From the IMG/VR virus record IMGVR_UViG_2834631226_000004, positions 12,363-76,362 of that record: DNA of 64,000 bases. The stretch is one strand, 5' to 3'. Source of the DNA: a virus (lineage: Duplodnaviria > Caudoviricetes). Numbering within the stretch: position 1 is the stretch's first letter; each line of letters opens with the position of its first letter. The translations under genes were made by a program, and so were the position numbers. The notes under the pieces were generated by a model. The model worked only from the letters and a program-made list of their open reading frames with translations. It was not told the origin of the DNA and made no database searches. This document shows positions 36,074 through 46,505 of the stretch, in pieces.

Positions 36074-38317
36074 CTAAGCCGCCCTCACAAACACCGCTAG
36101 CTCGCGCCGCACAGGATCCCGCTCCTCGCGCTCGACAAGCGCACCTTCACGCATCAGGGCGGTCACAAGGCTGGCCGCGCGCTTGCGCTGCACGTTGTCG
36201 TCCAAATCCAGCCCCACAGCGTAAGCTACAGCGCCTCCAACCCAGTTCTTGGCCTTCGGTGACTTCTTGTAGTCGGACGCGCTCACGGCCGCCAGGATGG
36301 ACGCGCGCTGGTCTTCTGTCAGGTCTCCCGCCACGTCCTCGGCGCTCGGCCAATGCCACTCTGTCACGACAGGCGCAAAGTCCTGCGGCTGAGCAAGGCC
36401 GGTCCCGTTTCCAAGCGGCGTCGACACCAGATGGCGCCACTCCGCCTTATGCGAAAGCGGCGTCAGGTTCGACTTGCCGTAGGTGGTGTAGAAGTAGCTG
36501 AAGCGGTCAGCCTTATCGATGCCAGCCTCGCCTGCCTGCTCTTCTGACATGCGGTTGAGGACTCGTACCGAACGCGCCGCGCCTATCAGTGACACCGCCC
36601 CACGCGCATCTTCAACCGTCGCCTCTCGGTCAGCGACCTTGCGAAGGTGGTGCACGATGTCGATTGAGCAGTTGGTGTAGTCAGCAATCTGGGCCCACAG
36701 CTTCGCCACCTTGTCGATCGCGCCGTTGTCGTTCTCATTGACGCCATGCGTGGACACAAACGGGTCGACAATCATCACGTCGATGCCATTGCGCTCGATC
36801 TGCTCAACCACGGCTTCGACGATCGGCTGCTGGATGCGCACGCCGGCCTTCTTGTCTTCGATGGCAACGCATAGCTCCTGCTCACGGCCGCTGTCGAGGA
36901 ACAGATGCCCTTCTAGGTCGGCTGGCTTCAGCTTATAGTGTATGCAAGCAGCCATGATACGCCGCTCCATTTCGTCACGCGGATCTTCGGCGTTGAATAT
37001 CCAGGTGCGCAGACGCTTGGGCGGTTTGGTGCCAAGCAGCGCCCTACCCGACACCATGGCGAGCGCCTCGGCGATGCTGCTCGACGTCTTGCCTAGTCCG
37101 CCCGGTGACACCGTGACCGAGACGTACTTGCGGATGAAGTGAGAGCCGTACGCGAACTCACGGCGCGGCAGTGTTTTGGGGTCGATCCACTTGAAGGCGG
37201 TTGCGGTGATTGGTGACAGAGGCGCGTTGTCGTTGGCGGGCCCGATATCACCAGCGGGTGACTCCTCTTCCGTCGGCACGGCCTCCATCACGACATCCGC
37301 TTCTACCGCAGCCGCCTGCTCGCGCAGCCTGCCTTTTTCAAGGCCTCGCTGTATCATCCGCGTAATGTCCACCAGACGCGTGTTGTCGTGCGCCGGGAAG
37401 TCGGGCTCAGGAATGTGGCGCGGGTTCTGGATGCCAGCCTTAAGACCGTTCTCGATGGTCTTGCAGCAGCGCGACCAGTCCCTGCCCCAGCCGCGAGCAA
37501 CGTCCTGAAGCAAGGCACGCGCCTCGGCCTCGCTGAGCGCTCCGGCACCGACGATAGTGCCGATCGAGAACGCCGCGTCGTTGAGCGCATTGTTGCGCGT
37601 GCCCATCGGGGCGCCTGCAAGGTCAGCGAGCTCACGGTCGACGGCCGCATCGACATACGCGTTGTTGGTGGCTGCAGACAGACTGTACTGCGTATGGGCT
37701 GGTGCAGACTTCGGCAGCAGCAGGTCGAGCAGCCAAGCCGGCGCGTCCGCAATCTCGCGCGTGTCCGTCTCCCACTTGTAGGAGCGCCCATTGGCCATCG
37801 TGCTGCCAGCGGCCAGCACGTAGCCACCCTCGGACCGGATATCGACGCCAGCGCCAAGAGCGCCGCGGTTGCGCGTGCCCACGACGTACTTGAAGTAGAT
37901 GTGCATCCCGCCGTTCGGGCTCGTCACGCGGGCCGTGTCGGGCAGCGGTCCGTGCTCGGCTTCCATCTCAGCCAGCCAGTCGAAGCCATTAGCGCCGCCC
38001 GGCTTGTTGTCGATGTCGAGTGCGAAGAAGCCGGTCTTCTCGCCAGTCGGCAGGCCAACGGCGGCATCCGGCCAGTCCGACCACCATCTTTCGATGATGC
38101 GCGGAAAACGCGTCGCGCCCTTGAAGCCATTGGGCGTCAAAGGCGTCTTTTCGCCAAGCGTAATGATCTCGCCTGTTGCCTGGTCGACATGCTCCTCGGC
38201 GTGCGAACGGCATGGAAAGACCGGCCAGCCTTGGGCGACGTAGTGTTGCGCTAATTCAAGCGGCGTTTGCAATTGGGGTCTCCCGATTGTCGTTGGCGAC
38301 CGTACGAGGAGCATCAT
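36074..38317 (-). CDS. Bifunctional primase-polymerase fused to AAA_25 helicase (start probably TTG 38272)
   Basis: GWPVFPC, ALDID, GGMHIYF, DIRSEGGYV; SPGGLGKT, IVDPF. Confidence 0.92.
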   Translation of the reverse strand: MMLLVRSPTTIGRPQLQTPLELAQHYVAQGWPVFPCRSHAEEHVDQATGEIITLGEKTPLTPNGFKGATRFPRIIERWWSDWPDAAVGLPTGEKTGFFALDIDNKPGGANGFDWLAEMEAEHGPLPDTARVTSPNGGMHIYFKYVVGTRNRGALGAGVDIRSEGGYVLAAGSTMANGRSYKWETDTREIADAPAWLLDLLLPKSAPAHTQYSLSAATNNAYVDAAVDRELADLAGAPMGTRNNALNDAAFSIGTIVGAGALSEAEARALLQDVARGWGRDWSRCCKTIENGLKAGIQNPRHIPEPDFPAHDNTRLVDITRMIQRGLEKGRLREQAAAVEADVVMEAVPTEEESPAGDIGPANDNAPLSPITATAFKWIDPKTLPRREFAYGSHFIRKYVSVTVSPGGLGKTSSSIAEALAMVSGRALLGTKPPKRLRTWIFNAEDPRDEMERRIMAACIHYKLKPADLEGHLFLDSGREQELCVAIEDKKAGVRIQQPIVEAVVEQIERNGIDVMIVDPFVSTHGVNENDNGAIDKVAKLWAQIADYTNCSIDIVHHLRKVADREATVEDARGAVSLIGAARSVRVLNRMSEEQAGEAGIDKADRFSYFYTTYGKSNLTPLSHKAEWRHLVSTPLGNGTGLAQPQDFAPVVTEWHWPSAEDVAGDLTEDQRASILAAVSASDYKKSPKAKNWVGGAVAYAVGLDLDDNVQRKRAASLVTALMREGALVEREERDPVRRELAVFVRAA

Positions 38318-39974
38318 CAGCCATTATGGCGCCGACGCATGCTTCCATCTTAGCGACCGAGACGGCGTTCCCGATCTGCTTGATTTTATCTGTCTTTGTA
38401 CCTGCGAATTCGTAGGTATACTCTTCTGTATTGAAGCCCATTGCCGCGGCAAGTTCATGTGGCTCCAGCATCCGGAAAAGTATGTCATACTGCTGAGCAG
38501 GTTCTACCAGCACGCCTTGCCCGAGCGTCGGACCAACCGGCAGGGGTTGGCCCAGGTCGTGAACGCGCGGCGCCTGACCTTCACGCTCCCCGAACTGTGC
38601 CGCGATGAAAGCGAAATCCCCACCCTTTGCCGTGGTCATCGTGGGTATTGGATCAACATCGATGTCGCGGGCCTGCGGGCCGCCGTTGCTATTGGTGACT
38701 GGAACAACCATCCCAAACCGCCCCTTGCTGGTTATCGTAGGCAGAGCGTCGTCTACGGTATTGCAGGTTTCGCCAGAGCCGGAGCCGTAATAAGGGGAAA
38801 TAAGAGCGTGGGACGCGCCGTTGCCGCCTGTGGTTTGCGTGGGAATAGGATTGCTGACGCCACGCGGTGAACCGCCTGATGCTTGGGACAGGACAAATGG
38901 CTCAGCAAGCCAAACGCCGCCTTTCGTATCCAGCGTAGGGATGAGGCCTTCAGAAACTCCCTCAGCCTTGTTACCTTTTCGACCGTTCATGATGATCGGT
39001 TCCGCCGCATACAGATGAGGAGCATGAGCCGTTTGCGTCGGTAAAGGATCGCCCGATCCTGTTGCTGTCGACTGCCCCTTCATGTTCACAATTACGGGCT
39101 CCGCGATCCCGATGTGCATACCGTTGGCGGCTATTGTCGGTAGCGGTTGATCAATGTCCTGGGCTGACATGTGATTCCGGAGTATGACAAGATACGGTTC
39201 CGGCCAGCCAAACTTGACGGAGCCGGCATAGATGCGTGCAAGCGTCTTTGCTGCAAGTGGCTTCTTTCGGTTGAGAATTGAACGACCTTTGATTTCCCAG
39301 TCGATGATCTCGCGAGCTGGACGCCAAGACTTTTTATCACCGAACAAATCTGCGTTGACGTTGTCCCGCTTTTGATGAGTTGGAGTCGGCCAATGAATCT
39401 TTCGACCGTCAGAGCGTCCCATAAGGATGAATCGCTGCCTAGTAGTGGCGTCACCATAGTCTGCGGCGTTTAGTTTTCTCCACTCCAGATGAAAGCCAAG
39501 TCGCTTGAGGGTGTCGATCCAAGCATGAAAGTACTCGCCCTTACGGCTCGGAATGGGTCGGCCCGTTCTGATGTTTACCGGACCCCAACCGGTGAACTCC
39601 CAGACGTTTTCTATGATGATCCGCTTTACACGAAGCTCGGTAAGCCAAGTAATGATATGCCAAGGGTCGGATCGTTGCTGATCGCTGGTAGGCTTGCCAC
39701 CTCTCGCCACAGAATGATGGGTGCAAGTGGGCGAGGCCATAAGGAGGTCAAGGTATCCCTCTGGCACCAATAGATGCGGTCGAACGGTCGAAATGTCCTC
39801 AACGTAGTGTCTGGCTTCTGGATGATTAATGGTGTGCGTTTCGATAGCTGTCGGCCAATGGTTCACGCATACCAGGTCCATTTCCAGACCCAGTTTTTTA
39901 AGTGCCCTGTAGGCGCCCGTGGACGATCCGCCTGCCCCGCATAGCAGGTCAGCTACCTTAATCTTGCGCTTCAT
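38256..39974 (-). CDS. C5-cytosine DNA methyltransferase
   Basis: DLLCGAGG, SPTC, ENV, RQR, QIGNAV. Confidence 0.92.
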   Translation of the reverse strand: MKRKIKVADLLCGAGGSSTGAYRALKKLGLEMDLVCVNHWPTAIETHTINHPEARHYVEDISTVRPHLLVPEGYLDLLMASPTCTHHSVARGGKPTSDQQRSDPWHIITWLTELRVKRIIIENVWEFTGWGPVNIRTGRPIPSRKGEYFHAWIDTLKRLGFHLEWRKLNAADYGDATTRQRFILMGRSDGRKIHWPTPTHQKRDNVNADLFGDKKSWRPAREIIDWEIKGRSILNRKKPLAAKTLARIYAGSVKFGWPEPYLVILRNHMSAQDIDQPLPTIAANGMHIGIAEPVIVNMKGQSTATGSGDPLPTQTAHAPHLYAAEPIIMNGRKGNKAEGVSEGLIPTLDTKGGVWLAEPFVLSQASGGSPRGVSNPIPTQTTGGNGASHALISPYYGSGSGETCNTVDDALPTITSKGRFGMVVPVTNSNGGPQARDIDVDPIPTMTTAKGGDFAFIAAQFGEREGQAPRVHDLGQPLPVGPTLGQGVLVEPAQQYDILFRMLEPHELAAAMGFNTEEYTYEFAGTKTDKIKQIGNAVSVAKMEACVGAIMADDAPRTVANDNRETPIANAA

Positions 39975-40019
39975 GTGTTCTCCTCAGAACTTATTTTTTC
40001 AGCTGATTACCTGTTGCGA

Positions 40020-40394
40020 CTAAAAAGGCGCCTCGCTCAACGCCGCCCTTAGCCCCCGAGCGCAGCCCTCCCACGCTGCCTTGACCATCATGCGCTGCAT
40101 GAGCTCGTCAAAGTGCGCCAGGTCCGTCACGCCATGCTCGGCGATGTATTCGCCGACGGCATCCACGCCGGCATCCAGGGCGCGCAGCTCGTAATCGTCG
40201 AGGCGATCGATCTTCTTGTAGTTGTCGATGCCCACGGCGCACCTCCGGCAGATGTAGTGAGGGTCTTTGTCGCGACCGTTGGCGTTCACGCCAATACCGA
40301 AGGCGTGCATCCCGCAGACAAAGCAGGTGGTGGGGTTATGGTCGGCGTCGACCGTCGGCGTGTGCTGGCGTGGGGTGGTTGGGAGTTTGGTCAT
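40020..40394 (-). CDS. Hypothetical Zn-finger protein
   Basis: CFVC..CRRC. Confidence 0.65.
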   Translation of the reverse strand: MTKLPTTPRQHTPTVDADHNPTTCFVCGMHAFGIGVNANGRDKDPHYICRRCAVGIDNYKKIDRLDDYELRALDAGVDAVGEYIAEHGVTDLAHFDELMQRMMVKAAWEGCARGLRAALSEAPF

Positions 40395-41209
40395 GCTGCC
40401 CTCCCGAACAAGTCTGCCTGAACCGGCGACACATTGTCATTGTCGGCCTCAACGACGTGCACCTCTTCCAGCCGTTCAAACTCGATGCAAACGATCTCGC
40501 ACATGGGCGAAACACCCTTCCAATCATTGATATAGAAAGACGTGTCGATCCCGCAGCCGGCCTCGAAGTGAAGGCCGGTGAGCTCCTGGAATTTTACCGC
40601 TTTGCCGTCCTTTTGGCGCTCGTAGCAAGGCCGTCCGCTGTAGTTGAAGCCCGCTGACATCTGCGGGACGATGAATGCACCAGTGTCGGCCAGATGAGCG
40701 GCGATATCGATGACGTGGAATTCGAACTCTGCGCCGGTGTAGCGAGGAGCGCCGCCGTTGCGCTTGATCTTGCCGAAAGGCGGGTTGCTGATCGCAACGT
40801 CAAACCTGCCCAGCCCCATTTCCAGCACGTCCATCACGTCGGCGAGAATCCATTCCGCCTCCGGCAAAATCGTCTGACCGACGGCGAGATAATCCGGATT
40901 GCGCTCCACGCAGGTGATGCGGGCCTTTTGGTGGCTACGGTGCCAGCAAGCGTACGACAGCATTCCAATGCCAGCGCACAGATCGATGATCCGCCCGCCG
41001 TATCCGCCTTGCCCGATGGCGTCGATCGTGAAATCAAACGCCATATCGTACGGTGTGAAAAAAGCGCCAGTAGCGCCGTTGACGTGGGTCGCGCCCTCGT
41101 TCCAGTTTTTGAGGACGAAGTCCTTGTCGTCTTCAGTTAGAGCCGGCTTCGTCAGCAGGTCGCAGGCCTGCGTATGGGCCTTTGCTTGAGCTTTCGTGAG
41201 CTTGGCCAT
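40391..41209 (-). CDS. Amino (N6-adenine-type) DNA methyltransferase, gamma-like order
   Basis: DLCAGIG then NPPF. Confidence 0.85.
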   Translation of the reverse strand: MAKLTKAQAKAHTQACDLLTKPALTEDDKDFVLKNWNEGATHVNGATGAFFTPYDMAFDFTIDAIGQGGYGGRIIDLCAGIGMLSYACWHRSHQKARITCVERNPDYLAVGQTILPEAEWILADVMDVLEMGLGRFDVAISNPPFGKIKRNGGAPRYTGAEFEFHVIDIAAHLADTGAFIVPQMSAGFNYSGRPCYERQKDGKAVKFQELTGLHFEAGCGIDTSFYINDWKGVSPMCEIVCIEFERLEEVHVVEADNDNVSPVQADLFGRAA

Positions 41210-42513
41210 TACGCTGCCTCCGAAAACAAATCAGCAGGACGATTGTCATTTGCCGGTACTGCCGCTGGATCGTCATCCTTGCTATTCGCGCCGATAGCCC
41301 ACGCAATCCGGGCCGTAGCGATGGGCATGTATTCGTCCTCGCGCTCGCAGCCGATAAACTGAAAGCCCTCGAGAACAGCCGCCTTACCCGTGCTCCCAGA
41401 GCCCATGAATGGATCTAGGATGATTCCTCCGGGTGGCGTGATGAGGCGGCAAAGCCACTGCATAAGGGTCGTCGGCTTGACGGTTGGATGGGTGTTGGCA
41501 CGAGGTTCAGGCTTGTAGCCCTCGTCGCGTCGTGTCATGTGCTGCCCGCTCGTATTAGAGACCATGCCGCCGGCTTTCTTCGGCAGGTGGTCTAGTCCTG
41601 CATCACGGTCGGCACGGCTGGCCTTGGCACAATAGAAGAAGCGTGCTGCGGACTTGTCGAGTTCAATGCGTGGGGCAAAGTGATCGCGAGTACCGAAACC
41701 GCCATAAATGCCTCGGCTCTCCTTCTCTCCATGCTCCGGCCCAACCGCTCTCTGCTGCCCGGGAGCATCAGGAAATGCCGCCAGCACCTCGTCGCTGCCG
41801 TCGTGGAGAATATTGGCTGGCCAGCGACCAGTTGGCTGTTGAAAGTCACCCGCCGCCCCGTTTTCGAAACCAGATCCGTCTTTCCAAGCAGACGATTCCG
41901 CTCTGCCGCTAGACTGCGCTGCATAAGCGCCACCGCCTAGTTTTTCATCGGTTTCAACCCGGCAGCCATCCACATTGATCGCGCCCACGCCCCACTCAGC
42001 AAGGTTAGCAGCGACGGTGCCAGTCAAAGGTTTGCGCGCCAGAGCAATAGGCTCCCATGCTGGCTTGAGCGCGGTACCCCAACCCTCCCAATCGCCATGC
42101 TGGTTGTGCGACTTCGGGAAGCCAGAACCATACACCCAGCCCAGTTGATCACGGATCTCAAAGCCTGCATCCTCGATCGCAACAGCCATGCGATGATACG
42201 TGCGCGTGCCAGAGAACGCGACGACATGGCCGCCCGGCTTGAGAACGCGCAGGACTTCAGCCCAGAACTCCTCTGAGAATGCGACTTCGCCGGTGTCCCA
42301 CTGCTTGCCCATAAATCCAGCTGCTCCGCGACCATAAACGTCTTTGGCCGGTGCAGAACCTGGCTTTCCGAAACGCTTCTGGATCGAGACCAGCGCATAA
42401 GGCGGGTCGGTAACGACACTGTCGATCGAGTTGTCGGCGAGGCCGCGCAACACGTCGCGGCAATCTTTTTGATGCAGCACGACTCTTCCGTCGTGCATCG
42501 AGGTGATGCTCAC
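41209..42513 (-). CDS. N4/N6 DNA methyltransferase, beta class
   Basis: TDPPY ... HPTVKP ... LDPFMGSGSTG. Confidence 0.92.
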   Translation of the reverse strand: MSITSMHDGRVVLHQKDCRDVLRGLADNSIDSVVTDPPYALVSIQKRFGKPGSAPAKDVYGRGAAGFMGKQWDTGEVAFSEEFWAEVLRVLKPGGHVVAFSGTRTYHRMAVAIEDAGFEIRDQLGWVYGSGFPKSHNQHGDWEGWGTALKPAWEPIALARKPLTGTVAANLAEWGVGAINVDGCRVETDEKLGGGAYAAQSSGRAESSAWKDGSGFENGAAGDFQQPTGRWPANILHDGSDEVLAAFPDAPGQQRAVGPEHGEKESRGIYGGFGTRDHFAPRIELDKSAARFFYCAKASRADRDAGLDHLPKKAGGMVSNTSGQHMTRRDEGYKPEPRANTHPTVKPTTLMQWLCRLITPPGGIILDPFMGSGSTGKAAVLEGFQFIGCEREDEYMPIATARIAWAIGANSKDDDPAAVPANDNRPADLFSEAA

Positions 42514-42579
42514 GTTGTTTTGTCTCCTCAGACTGTGGTGTTCCCGCCGAAGCGGAAGCCGCGTTGGTGGCGCGGCGGG

Positions 42580-42864
42580 TTATTCTGCTACGGCGGGCCT
42601 TATAAGCGCCGCCGCCGCATTGCGAAGGCCTGCGGCACTAGCGCCGTGATGGGTGGCGGCGACGGCGGCCTTCAAGTTGACGTGCGAACCGACGCGAATA
42701 TCATTGGCAATCTCTCGGCAAGCCTTTTCCTGCTTGTCATGCCACTGCGCGGCCAACTCGTAGCCGCGCGCCGTTTCTTCCCGCACCTTTGCATTAGCGG
42801 CGATGATGCGCGCAGCCTGAACAGCTGCGCTACCATAGGCGATCATGTAGGTGGGTTTGGTCAT
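42580..42864 (-). CDS. Hypothetical protein
   Basis: Coupled ORF. Confidence 0.6.
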   Translation of the reverse strand: MTKPTYMIAYGSAAVQAARIIAANAKVREETARGYELAAQWHDKQEKACREIANDIRVGSHVNLKAAVAATHHGASAAGLRNAAAALIRPAVAE

Positions 42865-43382
42865 GCGACGCGAACCGACAACTGCTCGCCTGCCTCACCC
42901 ATCCGAGCGCCAGGAACATCGGTGCCAGCCTTTAGACGGTCGGCGATTTCCTTTTTGTCCGGCGCAGTGGTAATTTTCACAACGTCTGACGGCAACAATG
43001 CCTCGTCGACGATCTCGACCGACGCAGCCTTCCTGCCGATGGAAATCGTCGCCTCTGCCAGAGGTACACGTGGCAGCCCTGCGGCTTTCAGCAACTTGAA
43101 CATCAGGCTGCGCATCGCTTCCTTGCGCCGCTCGGCGCGAGACTTGCGCGCTTGCAGATCGGAGATGCGGAGCGCTACTGACTTTGCCAAGCTGTCGGCG
43201 TCGCGTTCGCCGTTCACAAGGCGCGTCAGGACGGCGTGGAAGTTGGTCTCGCCTTCAAGCATATCAGCGCGCAGTTCTTCGTCGGCTTCGAGCTCCGGAT
43301 AAGCGGCGAGCATGTCCGAGAACAGCGCTTCGAGGTTGGCGACGTCGGCGGCCAAATAGTTGTCGTTGGCTGGTTTGGTCAT
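42861..43382 (-). CDS. Siphovirus Gp157 family protein
   Basis: Coiled coil; PDKKEIADRLKAG..VPGA. Confidence 0.85.
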   Translation of the reverse strand: MTKPANDNYLAADVANLEALFSDMLAAYPELEADEELRADMLEGETNFHAVLTRLVNGERDADSLAKSVALRISDLQARKSRAERRKEAMRSLMFKLLKAAGLPRVPLAEATISIGRKAASVEIVDEALLPSDVVKITTAPDKKEIADRLKAGTDVPGARMGEAGEQLSVRVA

Positions 43383-43747
43383 GCGGACACCTTCACGAAA
43401 TCGACCGATTCCGAATAGTATCCGTTCGACGAGCCGTACCAACGTATGTCCACGTGGCCCTTGATCGTCGCCAGCTTATAGAAGGTCCACGTTCCGCTTT
43501 CGCTAGCCTCTGGGGCGTCTTTGCTGGCAACCTCTGCAACAAGGATAGGGTTGCCGACGAGACTATCAAGGTCGCCATCAATGTCTTCGATGTAGACCGA
43601 CTCACAGCAATCCTGCGAATGGTACATCTTGAAGGTTTCGCCTTCTTGCGTGGTGAAAAACAGTTCTTCGTCGCCAGATCTTCTGACTTCGGCAAGCGTC
43701 TTGCCGACAAGCGTGGAAAGGTCCACGCGGTCGTCCCAGTAGCTCAT
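43379..43747 (-). CDS. Conserved phage hypothetical protein
   Basis: HSQDCCESV..WTFYKLAT..GSSNGYYSE. Confidence 0.75.
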   Translation of the reverse strand: MSYWDDRVDLSTLVGKTLAEVRRSGDEELFFTTQEGETFKMYHSQDCCESVYIEDIDGDLDSLVGNPILVAEVASKDAPEASESGTWTFYKLATIKGHVDIRWYGSSNGYYSESVDFVKVSA

Positions 43748-43794
43748 ATCTATCTCCTCAACGTGGTGACGCCATTGGTGTGGCGTAGAGTTTG

Positions 43795-43825
43795 AAGCTA
43801 TACTGTTTTTACAAATTTGTCAAGA
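43795..43825 (-). promoter_or_regulatory. Promoter/operator copy 2 (identical to 4303-4333)
   Basis: 31-bp identity. Confidence 0.75.
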
Positions 43826-44534
43826 CTTCGGCGATAGCCTCCGCTGTTGCCAACCTGTACGTTAAGAATTCTTCGTGGGTCTTGTCTTTCTTGCTGCAAT
43901 TGCATGATCGACAGAGAATTTGCAGGTTGTCTGGCCAATTTGTCCCGCCACGCGATATGGGGTGTATATGGTCGATGTGAAATTCTTCTTCTGTGGATGC
44001 GCCGCAGTATACGCATTTGAATTCTTGAGATTTGTTGATGCGATCGATGTCGTCCGGCGTAAATTTCCCATCGGCACCTCGCTCTAAAGACCTGCGATTT
44101 GCACCAATGGACCGCCACCTGTCGTAATTTTCATTGATCCAAGATGCGAGCCGCGCGCCAGATCGAATACGATACTGCTCGTCAGTGGCCCAAAGCACCC
44201 TGCGCAACAGGTTTATCGATTCACGATGGTCTGGATCCTCTCGCCGCCGGGCCGCATATATCCGGTTCTTCTCGTTCTTTGAGGCCACATAATTAGGATC
44301 ATTTGCGCGCCTCTCTGCTGCGTACAGCCTGTTTGCTAGCCTCTCCTTTTCTGCGTATCCTGGCTTTGACCGTTTCTTCGCAGAACTAGCATTCTCACAC
44401 GATTTGCATCGAGAAAATGGAACTCGCTCTCCCTTCCTATTTTTTCGCAGGCCAAATTTCTCCAGCGACTTCCACTCTCCGCATTTTGTGCAAACCTTAC
44501 CGAGGCCATTCTCTCGGTCGGTATCCTTCGTCAT
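43809..44534 (-). CDS. HNH endonuclease with N-terminal Zn finger
   Basis: CTKC..CKSC; CVYCG..HIDHIHP..NLQILCRSCN. Confidence 0.88.
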   Translation of the reverse strand: MTKDTDRENGLGKVCTKCGEWKSLEKFGLRKNRKGERVPFSRCKSCENASSAKKRSKPGYAEKERLANRLYAAERRANDPNYVASKNEKNRIYAARRREDPDHRESINLLRRVLWATDEQYRIRSGARLASWINENYDRWRSIGANRRSLERGADGKFTPDDIDRINKSQEFKCVYCGASTEEEFHIDHIHPISRGGTNWPDNLQILCRSCNCSKKDKTHEEFLTYRLATAEAIAEVLTNL

Positions 44535-44697
44535 ATGCCCTCATCAACAACGCGATAGCCCTAGGAACGGGCTTTGGATTTGTTTCGCGCTCTATCTCGG
44601 AGACTTGTAAAGGTCTGGAATATCCCAGAACGCCGGCTAGCTGCGACTGGGTTAGTCCCAGACGCTTACGAATGGATCGAAATTCGTCATTATCCAT
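44497..44697 (-). CDS. XRE-family HTH protein (copy 2)
   Basis: EFRSIRKRLGLTQSQLA..AYDEGYRP. Confidence 0.85.
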   Translation of the reverse strand: MDNDEFRSIRKRLGLTQSQLAGVLGYSRPLQVSEIERETNPKPVPRAIALLMRAYDEGYRPREWPR

Positions 44698-44756
44698 GCA
44701 CCACCTATATAAGGAATTTTCATTAGTTTCGTCAAGTTGAGTATATAGAAAATTCA

Positions 44757-46505
44757 TTAGAATGGTACATCGTCCGCCACTAGCGCCTGCCAATCTTCCT
44801 CATCACGGTTGTCGTTCGCCGGCGCCTGTCTGTTGTCATTATCTGCCGGCACCCACTGCTTGACGTCCCAATACTTGCCGCGTGGGGCGATCATGACCTC
44901 GGCCGTGTCGCGCAGTTCTCGCTGCCGCTCGAGCCATTCCAGCACTGTCTTGGGAAACGGCATCTTGCCGCCATGCGATCGCCAGTAGCGGTCGGCCTTC
45001 GACTTGGGGAATCCTTGGTGCTGAGGGCAGATCCATTCAGATATTGAGGTCATCCCACACATGTACGTGACCTTCACGCTATCGGGCTTGCCTTCTTTAC
45101 CGGGGTGGTGGCGGAACGTACGCGAGGTCACCGTGCGGGGTTCTGGCTCTGCCGTCGACATGATCGGTGTATCAGCAGCCGTGGCCGTAATCTTCGGACT
45201 GTCATCGATGTCGAACTCGTAGCCGCAGCATGAGCAGACGCGCGCCGAAGCATGCACCTTTTCTCCGCAGCCGAAGCGTCCGTTCTTGTCCTCGACGTCG
45301 AACGGGCAGACCTTCACTGGTGCTTCGCCGTCGCCCTTGTTGGGCGTCTTTGGCTGCACCATGTCGACCGGCCCGTGCTTGTCGACGAGACCGGCGAAGT
45401 CCAGCACGAGGCACGACGGTTTCGGACCAGCCTTGATTGCCGCAATGCGCTCCTGAGGCGTGCCGAGAGGCATGCCAGGCGCGTATATGACGCGAGTGCC
45501 GCGGCCCATCATCTGCACGTACAGCGAAACTGACAACGTCGGGCGAAGGGCAGCAATCAGGTCGACACCCTTGTGATTGAAGCCGGTGGTCAACACCGAG
45601 TTATTCGTCAGCGCGCGGATCTTGTAGGACTTGAAGTCCTCGATAATGCGCCGGCGTTCATCCTTCGGCGTTTCGCCGCTAATCATCTCGCAGGAGATGC
45701 CGCGCGAACGGATCTCATCACGCACGTGCTCGGCGTGCTCCACACCAGAGCAGAAGCAAAGCCAGGACTTGCGGTCGGCGCCCTTTGCGACGATCTCATC
45801 GACGGCGGAGCGCGTGACGTCCATCTTGTCCACAGCAGCCTGCAACGCGGATTGCTTATAGTCGCCGCCCTGCCTTCCTACGCCCTTCATATCGAACGTC
45901 GTGGCAGTAGCCTTTGACGAAAGCGGCGCGAGATAGCCGTCAGCAACACCGTCGGCGATGCCGTAGGTATAGACGATCTGATCGAACAAACGATCGTCGC
46001 CTTCATCAAGTCGGCCTGTATCCAGCCGGTAAGGTGTCGCAGTGAGCCCCAGGATTTTCATATCCGGATTGATGGCACGCAAGGCGGCGATGAAGCGGCC
46101 GTACATCGTGTTGCTGTTGGCGGGGATCAGATGGCACTCGTCCACCATCAGCACGTCGATGTGCCCGATGAGCGCAGCTTTGCTGTGCACGGTCTGAATG
46201 CCGGCGAAGATGATCTGGCTGCGCGCGTCACGACGGCCAAGACCGGCCGAGAATATCCCCGCCGGAGCAAATGGCCAAATGCCGAGCAGCTCTAGGTAAT
46301 TCTGCTCGATGAGCTCAGCGACATGGGTGGCGACAAGGATGCGCATGTCCGGCCAGCCTTCAACCAGCCTCTTGATGAGCGAAGCCATGAGCAGCGACTT
46401 GCCGCAGCCAGTCGCGAGGTCAACGAGCGGATTGCCAGCAGTCGTTGACCAGTAGTCGAAAACAGCGTTTTCTGCGTCTTCTTGGTAGTGGCGAAGTTGG
46501 AGCAT
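44757..46505 (-). CDS. SF2 DEAD/DEAH helicase with Zn finger
   Basis: ATGCGKS, DECH, TATP, QMMGRGTR. Confidence 0.93.
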   Translation of the reverse strand: MLQLRHYQEDAENAVFDYWSTTAGNPLVDLATGCGKSLLMASLIKRLVEGWPDMRILVATHVAELIEQNYLELLGIWPFAPAGIFSAGLGRRDARSQIIFAGIQTVHSKAALIGHIDVLMVDECHLIPANSNTMYGRFIAALRAINPDMKILGLTATPYRLDTGRLDEGDDRLFDQIVYTYGIADGVADGYLAPLSSKATATTFDMKGVGRQGGDYKQSALQAAVDKMDVTRSAVDEIVAKGADRKSWLCFCSGVEHAEHVRDEIRSRGISCEMISGETPKDERRRIIEDFKSYKIRALTNNSVLTTGFNHKGVDLIAALRPTLSVSLYVQMMGRGTRVIYAPGMPLGTPQERIAAIKAGPKPSCLVLDFAGLVDKHGPVDMVQPKTPNKGDGEAPVKVCPFDVEDKNGRFGCGEKVHASARVCSCCGYEFDIDDSPKITATAADTPIMSTAEPEPRTVTSRTFRHHPGKEGKPDSVKVTYMCGMTSISEWICPQHQGFPKSKADRYWRSHGGKMPFPKTVLEWLERQRELRDTAEVMIAPRGKYWDVKQWVPADNDNRQAPANDNRDEEDWQALVADDVPF

